Shown here: in pieces, positions 27,176 to 38,790 of the stretch
Layout: every line of letters begins with the position of its first letter
How positions within the stretch are numbered: the stretch's first letter is position 1
From: Glaucostegus cemiculus
Lineage: Eukaryota
Assembly (NCBI GenBank): GCA_976551045.1
Contig: CDPCPM010000231.1
Coordinates: forward strand, 3,596,001 to 3,660,000
DNA length: 64,000 bases
Reading direction: 5' to 3'
Notes under the pieces: model-generated
The model's input: the letters and a program-made list of their open reading frames with translations, nothing else
The model's database searches: none
What the model was told of the DNA's origin: nothing
Position numbers and translations under genes: made by a program

Positions 27176-27689
27176 AACCCTGCAAATTAGTTTACTGAAC
27201 TTAGTCAATAACCTTTTGAAATGAATACAATTTGATTTCACCATTAGGTAGTGCAATTCAGAACATAACAAATCATCCATACGAAATGAATTTCTCCCCT
27301 TCCCCATCATGATAGGACAAATCTTTTACCAAAATCACCAATAGATTTGCTTGCAGAAATGCTAAGAGCAAGGTCAATTTTCAAGCGTGAGGCTGTAACA
27401 CCAGAATAATGGGTCTGCTGAAATCAATGGTGAAAACAACAACTGCTGGAAAAAAAGTTGAGTAAAAGGTTTTTATCCAAATTAATTAAATTAGTAGCAT
27501 AAATATTTTAATTGATCGTGCAGGAGAACAGAAGTCTGAGCATGCTTTTACTCTTGTAAGCTTAAATAATACTATTTTAAATTTTATAACACTTTCTAAT
27601 TTTCAACAAATGACTATGAACCTTTGTGACAGTAGGTTTGTCAGCTAAGAGTTGGGGGGACTGGGCCTCTTCACTGCCAATACCATTCT

Positions 27690-27860
27690 TATCCCTACAG
27701 CCAACAAACCATGATTCAGAAGGAGCCCTGCTCCTTCCCAGTGTGTTGGAAACCAGGCCCCAAAAAGAAAACTACATTTTGGACCACATTCGAGGAAATG
27801 TTGTCCAAGGCACAGGTGACCAGCAAACACAGAGCACTGGAGGATCTGCCTCATGAAATC
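27690..27860 (+). mobile_element. Probable RTE-type LINE 3' fragment
   Basis: WKPGPKKKTTFWTTFEEMLSKAQVTSKHRALEDL resembles RTE C-termini (GR.RPK.RW.D....A.DR..W). Confidence 0.4.
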
Positions 27861-27869
27861 TATGACCTC

Positions 27870-30420
27870 TGGTCAATGATCCCTCTTGCTCCACCAAAGC
27901 CCTTCAGTTTTGTTTCTCCTTAACTGTCCATTGTTTGAGAACGAACCTAGTTTCTACATCTCTCCAAATTCCTCATCTCAGGCATCAGAAAATTATCTGC
28001 TTATCATTACTCTCTGCCATCTATGGCTTCAATTACTTGCCCAAGTTCTACCTGTCCCTTAACACCAAACAAATCAATTGATACACATTTAAACCATTGC
28101 TTTTGGAAAGTCCTTGTATACAACATCAACAGCACCACTTTTATTAATATTCCCTTACTTCAAAGAATTCAATCAGATCACTTGGACAAACACTTGGACC
28201 AACATGAATAATGTATCCAATGCCGATTAATGTTTCCTTGATTATTGTCTCTTAAGTGTTCCCTTCCCCACCCAAATAATATTGGCCCAATTTGACTATA
28301 GTTACTATGTTGATCCTGCTCACTTTATTTCAAATAAGAGAGCAGGGGTGTAACATTTCTAATCTTTGGGTCCTCATCATTAGTCCCAGGAGGATCGAAG
28401 TTGTAGTCAGAGTATCTGTATCTTCACCTCACTTCCCCCAACAACCAAGCATGCATTCCACGTGGACATAGTAACATTTTCTTCTGAAAAACTTTTAAGC
28501 TCCTCATCCTTAAATATTATTGGATTCAATTTCTCTTCCTTTATTGTGACATTGGCAGTGGTATCTTGTGAAGACAGATACAAATTGTTCATCACTACAT
28601 CTGTCACATCCTCTGCCTGCAGATTTCCTTTTGTGCTGAATCACCCTTCCTTTTAATTGTTCTTTTACCATTTATACAGATCTAAAAAGACTTCTCATTC
28701 TGTTTGCTAATTTATTATCATAAGGGACAATAAATATATTTAACATAAAGTAGAAAAAAATCACAAAATTGGTTAGCATTTGAATTCCCAGGCTTCTCTC
28801 AAGTCTTCAATAAAATTGAAGCTTGAATCCCCTCTTTCCATGTTCATTCTTCACCACCAATCCCCGCCCAACTTTCATTCTTGCCAGTACCCAAACTAAT
28901 TTTGAAGGCTTCCTATGATTGATCCATTTTTTTTTCCCTATTCTGAATGGGTCAAGTCCCCTTTTAACTCAGTGAAATTAGCCTACCTTCATTTTCATGT
29001 CTGATTGCTCCTTGTTTTTTTGCCCCATAATTACTCTAAACATAAATAATGTTGAAATCATGGTCATTGGCCAAAGCACAAATTGCTTGCTCCACATCAT
29101 TCTTTGCAATCAGTTCTATTTCTGTTTCTTTCCTTGTTTTGGGTAAAACATACTGATAAAGAAAATTCTCTCAAGCACACTTTGGAAAATTCCTCCCTTT
29201 CTGTCACTAATGCTTATATTCCAAAAGTGCAGTGGCACAGTGATCAAGTTACTGGCCCAAAGTACTTGGACAAACAACCCAGGGACCCAAGTTCAAATCT
29301 CACCATGGCAGCTGTGGAACTTAAATGTAATAAAATTCAACAGCAGATAGTACTACTGCCTCACAGCTCCAGCAATTCTATCTTATCCTGACATCCAGTG
29401 CTGCTTGGGAATGTGTTGATTCCTCCAAGATACTGCTCCAACCTCCCAGACATGCACTGGTTGGTAGGTTAATTGTTTACTGTACAATTATTCCTAGTAT
29501 AGGTGGATGGTCAGAGAATCAGGATTAAACTGATAGTTAACGGGTGTGTGTTAAAGAATAGGTTACTGGAAAATAAGTGAGGGGCTAAGATTGATGGGAG
29601 TGTTCAAGAATATGCACTGAACTGATGGGTCAAATGGTCTCCTTCCAATGTTATAAAATATTTCCCAATCTGTACTGCAATAACCAAATCCCATTGTGAT
29701 GTTATAATCCTTGCATCTTTCTGAAATTTGGCTCAAATGTTCTCCATTTCTTTCCTACCATTTTGATGGTCTATAACACAGTCAACAACAGAATATTTCC
29801 TCCTTTTCCCCCAATTCTAACCAAACAGCCTTTGAACCTTCAAGTTTATCATCTGTTTTTAATGGTATTTGATATTCTCCCTTAGTCATTTTCTCTAAAT
29901 ACGCTGTAGCCTGGAATATTTAAAATTCTGTAATTTTTTTGAGCCACATCTCTCTTACTGCCGTATATCCATGCAACAATCAATGCCTGCAGCTCACAAA
30001 TTTTATTGACCATGCTCCATTCACATGCAGTCCAACTCATCCTGGTCTGCTTTGCATTTCCCCTTGTTTCATCCCTCCCATTTCTGAAAAATATAAAGCA
30101 TATTGTGTTAAAATTGGCTCCCACTTTCCTTTCAGCCTTTGTTTCACTCCACAATAAGCACCCAAAACTGGCTATTGTCAGCATCAACTATAAAATTCAC
30201 ATCACGACACACATCATGTACAGCTGGACATCTGCCAAAACCAGAGCCTCATAAATCATTGTCTTCCTGGTTTCTGGGCCCTCCCTTTCCCGAATAAAGC
30301 TACCAGCTTATTTCCTCTCAAACACCGCATGTCTCTTTGCAGGAGGTCTGCTCCACCAATGGTCCAGATCATTTCAAACTGCACCCACACTTTATGAATA
30401 ATCTCCACTGCAGTACCAGT
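27870..30420 (-). mobile_element. Old, internally deleted CR1 LINE (ORF1 remnant, endonuclease, RT)
   Basis: Minus ORF 29882-30187 ...VNKICELQALI...LNIPGYSVFREND is the CR1 endonuclease N-terminus; an ORF1-like NDLDHW motif lies near 30360; degenerate RT sequence at ~27900-28400. Confidence 0.7.
29225..29660 (+). mobile_element. Nested SINEs: tRNA-derived SINE head followed by an HE1-like V-SINE, inserted in CR1
   Basis: gcagtggcacagtg...agttcaaatctcaccatggcagctg head; then actgcctcacagctccagca...ggtaggttaattg...gatgggtcaaatggtctccttc tail. Confidence 0.7.
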
Positions 30421-33134
30421 TCTGAGCAGGATTGCTCAATATAAGAAAATAATTTACATTTCCTTGTGCAGTGATTGTAAATTTGCAAAAGCAGAAACCA
30501 TGGAGGAAATACTTTGACAGCACAGACAATTTTTGTATTGTCTCACCAACCTAGAAAAATCTGGGGATTTATTGAAGGAAATTAGTGAAAACTATTTGCG
30601 AACATTATTCAAAGGTTAAGTAGGGAAAAGAACAGAATTACCTTTATTACCAAACTTAAAACACAAAAGAATCTGGCACAAAACAGGAATGTAGTTACTG
30701 TAACTAGGAAACTCCTGTGGTGGCAAAACTCCTAAATCTGTTTACATTCTGTTATTAAAAATGTTCAAAGCCACGACAATTCCAATGACAGCAACACTTG
30801 TATAGCTTGCTCAAAAAGATACATTTCAGTTTTATGTCCAGTTCAGCTTTTATTTAAATCAGCAACTAGCATAAATTTAGATTTAACACCTCAACTCAAT
30901 TAATTATTTTTAAAATATAACTGGTATTTGCTATATAGGCAAGTCTAGCCATCAGGCTACATACAAACTCCACAAATACCAAAATCTACAAATGATTTGA
31001 AATGGATTTGATTTTTACAAAGTTTGTCTTGAAAATGAACAGTCTCTCAAGATCGGCATCAGCAGTTGCTGCTGTATACAGATACAAATTCTCTATAACT
31101 TAGAGAACACTTACCGTCAGGAATCCGGTTAAACAAAAGCATGACCTAGAATTTGCAACAATAGATTCCTTGTTGAAGGTAACAGATACTATAATCTCCC
31201 ACAGTACTTTTTGCAATCTCATCTTTCTGAAAAATAGACATGGGAAAGCACTCAAGACAGAGCCAACTATAAATCAGCAGAATAGCTCATTTTATTCCCT
31301 GTATATTACTAAGTAAAATAGTTTAAGGTTTTCTCCAACTCTTATGAATCAACATCTCTGCTCTCAGCTCCAGTGGCACAGTAAATTAATTCATCCAAGC
31401 AGTAAACAAACATGAAAGTTTACAAGCAATCTCTCAGTTTGACTCATCCAGATTCAATCTGCTCAAGGATTCCTTTTCTTGCTAGAGTTAGGGAAGACAA
31501 AGGTTCATCTCTGAACCCTCCCTAGGCTTCATATTAAGTATGATCTGGCATGCCAATCTGCCAAATTTCAAAAAGAGATCTTGCACTTTGGTTCAGAGCT
31601 GTGGCAACTATATTAACTGTCCAAGAATATCTGTTCCTGCCACAAAATCGACCCCTCTATCCTACAGTGAAGAACCAAACCATATTCAGTATTGAGATGT
31701 GCTAATTCTCAAGGTATTAAATGATTGTCTGCTGACTCAAATCTGAATTTGCATATGGAAATACAATCTTTGACAGCCATTTGAATTCACAAACCAAATG
31801 ATAATTCTATTGTTTGGAAGTGTTAAATACTGTAAATGAATGCCCTTAAACTTTTACACAGTTTCAGGGCTATCTTCTCCCACTCAGTTACACTGCTCTG
31901 ACATCTATGCAAAAGAGCAGTCTACATAAGCATCCTGCATGCACAATGTGCTGTTATTGATCCACACACAAATCTTAAGAATGCAAGAAACAGAAGTAAA
32001 GGCCATTCAGCTTATCACGTCTGTTCTATCATTTAACAAGCCAACAAATGAACTCCTATCTCAAGACTACATTCCTGCACTAATCACATTTCCTCCATTA
32101 CCTTAATACCCTAAAGTCTATTAATCTCTGTCCAGCATAGCCTAAAGTGATATTATATTAAATGGAGGATAACATCAGAATAGCCTGGGTGTTCTGCCAT
32201 TATCTTTGAAAATGATTGACAAAATGACAAAAATCAATTAAGAAAACATACAGATTATTTAGCTTTATGGATAGTGCACTGAATAAGAAAATGACAAAGT
32301 CACGTTAGACCCTTACACTTGATGATTAAGTCTCAGATATATGGGTAATACATTGACGAGAACATCATTGTCCATGAGATGAAGCAAGGATGACACCAGC
32401 AATGTGAAACATAACCAGAGGACTTAATGGACAATAATCTTAATTTCGAACATTGCTTGCTATGGGACATTGAGATATTGGATTAATGTTTGCTGGTGAA
32501 CTGCAGAATGGCATTACACCAGGAGGACCTGATAATCTGTGGGACTCAACTGTACACAGGTTGTTTACATTCCTGGTATCTTGATATATGATAAAGGAAG
32601 ATCATTATTTTCAGTAAGAAATGGACATTCAGTGAGAACAAAGAACATGGCAGGAGAGACAAGAGGGCACAGACCACATTGAACTAAACTCTCAATGCAC
32701 GTTTCCTGTGCCTACCAGTCACGTTATTGTATTTGTCAAAACCTCCACTCAATTATATTTTTCAAAGAATCCTACAAACACCTCAAATTGGCTCAATGCA
32801 ACTTAATCTAAGAAAAATTCAAGAGAATCCAACATGGCAACAAATCTGGCAAGAAAAGGCATCTTTACTTGGATGATTCATGCAGCATGAAATGAAATTT
32901 TGATTTAAAAAATCACTGTAGCCTTGGTGTTCTATGTAATTGAACAATATTCATGAAGAGCATCTGGATTAACAGAGCACTGCTTCTAAAAAGGATGCTT
33001 TGCATGTTTACTACTCAATGCATCACAGAAGTGTTCATTCAAGGTAATTAACTGAGATGAATAATTGTACATTGCTGTAATTCTTGCATCATGTTTTCTT
33101 TCAATGCTCTACAAATGTACCTGAAATATTAGTT

Positions 33135-33545
33135 GTCTGGATTGCAGGACTTTACTTATGGGGAGAGACTGGATAGGCTGGGCTTGTTTTCCCTGAGCAG
33201 CAAAGGTTGAGAGTTACCTGAAAGAGGTATATAAAATTCCAAGAGGCATGAAGGGGGATAGGTTGATAAAAATCTTTTCCCCAAGATAGGGGTGTCAAAA
33301 ACAAGGGGCATATGTTTCAGGGCAAGAGGTAGGCCTCAAAAGGGGATCTAAGCAGAAAGTTAATTCTAAACAAAACAGAGAGGATTATACCCAGAATTTG
33401 CTGTCAGGGATGGAATCAGATGCAGTCCCTATATTTAGGAAGTATTTAGACAGGTACTTGACTAGGGTTTAGTGTACATGGGCAAAAAGGTGAGAACGGA
33501 CACTGTGCGTCGAAGGGCTCATTTCTGTGCTACTTGACTATGATT
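33135..33545 (+). mobile_element. CR1 LINE 3' end
   Basis: ttatggggagagactggataggctgggcttgttttccctgagcagcaaaggttgagagttacctgaaagaggtatataaaat (Y.ERLDRLGLFSL..RL..L.EVYK) plus tail. Confidence 0.8.
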
Positions 33546-35504
33546 TTAAATTATAATGGATTAGTATTGTTGCAATATTGCAAGTGACAGTTAAAGTCAA
33601 TACATTACAATTACTAAAAATTAATTGCATATGGTTATATTCCTCCATATTACACTCTAATGGAGTTGCAGTAATGCATGTTAAACAAAATTGTTACATT
33701 TATAGTTTTGGAAGAATGCTGATGGTCTGTCAGTAACATTAAGAACCTATCAAATAAGATGGCCTCAAATCTTTTGCCACAATGTACCAATTAAAGCTAC
33801 AAAAGTATCAGGATCAATACGATACAAGAACTAAGCCATAACTTTGCTATGTGCAGCTGATTACATTAATTCACGAAGGTAGATCTGTTCCATTTCACAT
33901 AATTCAATTTATAATGGTCAATGGAAATGTTAATTTAACTCTACAAATACACAAAGTTCAATATATTTATACTTCTGGAGTAAGAGTTAAGATCAGCATT
34001 TCTGACAAAGATGCATATTCAATTGATAGCTTTAGGCCAAAATAACTTTGCAATCAGATAAATCAAAACAGAGGTCATCAGTGGGGACTACAATAATCCA
34101 GAAGTATAATATATTACACTTCCAAGGAAAATGCATTAATCTCACCTGATGGAAATACAAAGTGACCTAAAAATGTATGCATTCTTTCCTTCTCCAAAAG
34201 AAAAAGTAATGGGTATTAGCTACAATAATGAAATACATAGAGATTACTGAATCTACACAAGTACAATACAAGACTTTTTTCTACTCGTGAACATTATTCT
34301 CTGAAAATGCATTACCATAAATTGTTACTTCTGTATTTCATTGTCAGATGTTTCAAAAAGGAAATAAATTCCCTTACAGTTGGCATGTTAGAGATAGATT
34401 AAATTTAATGCAATTAGTATGGAAAATTGAGCTTGATAATCACACCACAGGAATGACATTCAAAGAGCTCAAGATACAATTCAAAAGAGCCTTACTGGAG
34501 TCTTCCACTGAGATCACACAATTGTTGAAATAGTTAAATTAAGGTGGGCTGCATGGCCTTCTTCAGCCATAAGAAGATAAACCGGTAGATTTTGATTATC
34601 AAATCCAATTAATGAGTAGGAAGAAACAGATTTTCTGATTATTTGGAAGTGCACGTACATATGAACTAATCCTGTATAATTGAAATTAGTGGCAGTGTTT
34701 CAGTATCACAGCACCACGATAGGGTGGTCTATGCTTCCTGAAGTCCTGGCTGTTGCATCCTCCACAGTATACTGATAATTTACAAAGTAGACCTGTTTAT
34801 TTTGACTGTAGAACAAGCTTCATTCTACAAATAATACCACTTGCTACTCATTTATAATCAGCTTTAGATAGATTGATTAGATTATCAAACCAAAGGTTGT
34901 GAACAGATACTAAACAGGAGTGAAAAAGGAACAAGGTTTGGGAAGGGGAATGAATCTTAGGTCACATTTTGCACATAGGTCTTTGAAGTAAGGGAAGAGT
35001 AAGGCAGATGTGCTCATAAAGAAAATCTCCAAAAGGCAGGAACAAAGAGGTCAAGGGAGCAGGGAAAGACACGTTGGTCAATACTTACCAAGTAACAGAA
35101 GATGTCTTCAAGGCCACGATACACTGATTAAAGGAGAAATTGAGGCTTATGAGAATTGAGCAGGGAAAAAAGATCAAATCTGTTATAAGCTTAAGGCATG
35201 AAGGGTTGCATGACCATCTCCTGCCTCTGTTTCCTTCATGTTCTCGCAGGGCTGAAGGATGCCATGGAGTTAGGAAGGGGCAAGGTGAAGGCTTAAAAGT
35301 TGATTCTGTAGGCTACAGAATTACATTAGGTTAAAAAAAAAACCACACGTTTGTATTTCACCAGTACAGAAGGAAAAGGGTAGAAATGGGTGATACTTAA
35401 GAAATAAAAAGAACAGTACTGGTTACGGACTGAATATTGGAAGCACTCAAAATTGATAAACATTAAACCTCTCAAGTTAACCTTTAGAATTAAAATAGGC
35501 AGCT

Positions 35505-35615
35505 ACACCTCCTGAAATAAAAACAGAAAGTGACAGAAATACCCTGGTAAGGCAGCATCTGCAGAAACAACTAGCACTGACGTTTCAGATCAATGACCTT
35601 TCACCATATTTCCAA
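35505..35615 (-). mobile_element. Penelope-derived short element
   Basis: Minus strand ATGGTGA-A-AGGTC-att-GATCT-GAAAC-GTC, then the family tail. Confidence 0.65.
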
Positions 35616-37174
35616 GTTAACAAGACACCTGCTGGAGATCCTCCACTGACATCAATTTGTTATTACAGAAGCAACTGTAATGCCTCTAAAATGGTCCAAC
35701 AAACCCACACCCACCTCACTACCACCAGCTATCCATTCGTTCAAAATTTTCAGGGTTAACTGTCTTAACAGCTGACCCACTTATCTTCGAGCTGTTTATC
35801 CTTTGCTTCAGTAGCACTAGTTTCTTTTTTCACTGGTAAGAAAACTAAGCCCTATGTAAACTAAACCTGATACCACTCATCTCATTACCTAATTAAAAAG
35901 GTAATGTAAGGGTACAAGCCAATGGATATTAAAATCTCAAAACTTATGTAATTATTAAAAGTTTGACTGGGGAAATTTAGTACAGAATATTAGAGATGCA
36001 GAGTGAAGCAAAGAGAGATAGCTAGGATGAAGCTTAAAAATAACAAGTTCTTCAGCTTGTCACGTGCCATCAAATATTTGTGTAAAAAAATAGTGTCATA
36101 TCAAATGAACTCAAAATGTTCAACTGATTCCCTATGGGTCATAAATATTAAAACATGCCCTAATATCATAACATGATAAAAGTATAGGAGTGTTTATGCA
36201 TTTTATCTAACCTTTCAGATTCTGTTGTAAGAAAGACAGTAACCAAAATATAAATGTATATCATATTTATACATTTCACCCCAGATCCATTCCAAATAGA
36301 GTCTACTATCATGTGGATGATAGAATACTTCAATCAAAAGTGCATTCTATTTCAGTGATAATTATTGGATTAGATCACTGCAAACAGCAAAAATCCTGGT
36401 CAGAACTTCTTACGGTAGTTCTTGCATACACCAGAATGAGTGATGTGCACTTTCAGTTTTCCTTTGCAATTGATCTGGGCTTGAAAGGAAAGAAGACTTC
36501 CATTCATTCAGTTATTCCCCCCGCCACCCCACAGCAAACAGTGAAACTCTGAGAATGCATTGTGAAATCATGAGGCTAATCATCTTCCAAGCACAAGGTA
36601 TGAGAACATCCTGAATTCAAGTTTGCTCAGCAAAGTACTTGGGGGGAAAAAGAATGAATTTAAGTGACTGCAACCAAGCAAAGAATATTAATTGCAGTGC
36701 TAGGGAATTAACACCAATCAGTGTAGGAAATGTGTCTCACGTAGTTTTAAGAATGCTAACAAATGGGGATCAAATCAACCAATTCTATACAATTTCTTTG
36801 GAAAAAATGCTGGACTCCATGTTAATATGTAGCTTTTTAAATTGCTCAGTTTCACCTCCAAACCATTTTAGTCACATTTTATAACAAATATTAGTGTGCT
36901 TTCAAACATTTCGGATGTCATAGTGAAGCAATTCAAGAAGTTACCAAAGTTCATTGTAGCTTGAAAACTGTTGGACAAAAGATGCAAGAAAAAGCATGTT
37001 GCATGTGTATTATTTTCAAGAGTTTGTTCCAGGATTGTGCAAAATCTCACCACTTTCATTTTCACTGCAGGAAGGACTAGAGAGAAAATGTTCACATTCG
37101 ATAGAGGCATAACAAAGAATTGCTGATATGGGGAGACTTTTTACTAATGTGATGGAGCAAAAATATTGTTTTAA

Positions 37175-37680
37175 TCAAGTCTCAGTATAACAGGGAGGAT
37201 AAGCATCCCCAGCAATGTGGCCCTAGTTCCAGGCCAATGTCCCCAACCGTGAGGCCCTCTTTTCTCAGTCAGGAACTTTGGGCACGTCACGTCATTCATG
37301 TGCTTGGCATCAGACTCCCAAAACAGTCACCATCCTGAGCTCCAACATGAGAGAGATTACCAAGCAGACAGTGAAAAAGATTCAAGGATGTGCTCAAAGC
37401 TTTCTTGAAGTGCAACATATCCACTGACTTCTGTGAACTGCCCTTGACTACTTGAAGAATAGAAAGATAGCATTTGGGATGACATTGAGAAGAGAGGCAA
37501 TACATCAGGACCACTGAGAGGCCTGGTATAAACAACACAAGGAGCGGGCCACCTAGTAAACAACTCACCCTATCAGGCATATCCTGCCCTCACCCAGTTC
37601 CCACATTGGCCTCATTAGCCATCTCGGAAACCATAAAACAAATCATCCTCATTACCAAGGAACTGCCTAAGAAGCAGCAG
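37175..37680 (+). mobile_element. RTE LINE 3' end
   Basis: ...cagactcccaaaacag...ctgagctcc...aaaaagattcaaggatgtgctcaaagctttcttgaagtgcaacat (RLPKQ..EL...KRFKDVLKA.L..CNI), followed by a HIGLISH zinc-knuckle-like end. Confidence 0.75.
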
Positions 37681-38519
37681 CAATTAGCTCAGCTACAACT
37701 TTTAACTATATCTGATATATTTTCTATAGAATAATAGCATTAACCCCAATATTTTGACATTCTGTACCTATGGAATTTAGTGTGTGCTGCAGAAATTCTG
37801 CCCTCCATATCTATCTTCTAGTTTTCCCAATTATAACTGTTTTGGAACTAATGCATGGTGGTGAACCAATTCCAAACAGAATCAGTTTTAATACCCATCT
37901 TCAAATCCTATTCCTATGTAGCTTCCAAATTCCCAAGCATTTCACCTTTATTGCTGGAGTGTATAAGAGATGGAGCCCTCCGGATATTATTAGTATTGTT
38001 TAAAAATGTGAGAGATCTTTAAAAACAGTGCCTTTTAATACACAAGTGTGCAAGATTTTTTAAAAGTTACAACTGATACAGATTAGAAAATTGGTGTTAA
38101 ATAGCATCATCTTAATTTAGAATACCAGGTATTCATTACCTGCTGTTTAACACTGGATACCTTACTTACAAAAGTCACAGATGGCAAGAAGTTCAATAAA
38201 CAGAAGGATTTCAAAGCCAAGCACAGTACCTCTCAATGAATTTAAATTGCATCAATTTATCAAAGCATTTGCACAGTATTCTAAAACAATCATAATCTAC
38301 ATTTTGAGAGTCTTAAACTACCTGAAGACTCTCTGTGACCTTGGTACACTGACAAGGGTGAAGACAAATCTACACAAGCCTACAGAAGATCATCCAAGAT
38401 CAAATGGCTTGGTTTGTAAGAAGGACCACCAAACCTATGGAATAAATTGAAACCCTATTTTGTTAAACCTCAGTTTTCTAATTGTGTATGTAATATGAAA
38501 AATTAATCCAATTCATATC

Positions 38520-38790
38520 CCATGGTAGCTGTCCAACTCCCAGCCTACTGCCATCCAACGAACCGACCAGGAGCAAAGGAATTTTCTGGCTAAATTCATT
38601 CCTAATACAAAATTAAAAGTAAATCATTTGGCCATTATTGCATTGCAGCTCCTAAGATCTTGCTGTACATAAACTAAAAGATGCTTTTTCTATATTAGTG
38701 ACAACACTTCAGAATTATTTCACTATTGTAAAGCACAGAAGCATCACGTGGTCATGAAATTCCTTACTAAATAAATGTTGTTTTCTTTCC
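38520..38790 (+). mobile_element. SacSINE1/DeuSINE-like 3' part
   Basis: ggccattattgcattgcagctcctaagatcttgctgtacataaact...gacaacacttcagaattatttcactattgtaaagcac; reverse of the element at 62080. Confidence 0.6.

Larger units (their letters stand above)
20083..38252 (-). pseudogene. Decayed multi-exon mosaic receptor gene (WSC/CUB/SRCR/LDLa/EGF/YWTD, type-I TM) nested in DOCK4 intron 1
   Basis: A co-oriented series of non-repetitive segments, many bounded by pyrimidine-rich AG acceptors and GT donors. They translate, with stops and frameshifts, into recognisable motifs: YCGG..TSGSIDHP, GHFVFPSGEI..FWIIVVP, KYCG..STRNLLL (CUB); GVDENYALC..CKLPEGFRC (LDLa); KGGCKQ..CLC, CSHFC..C*C..DNRTFC (EGF); VNWQCSQEK*Y*TN, LLWDDYTGGKVF (YWTD); WEPVCWD..LCR (SRCR); then a hydrophobic stretch and short tail. 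Confidence 0.7.
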
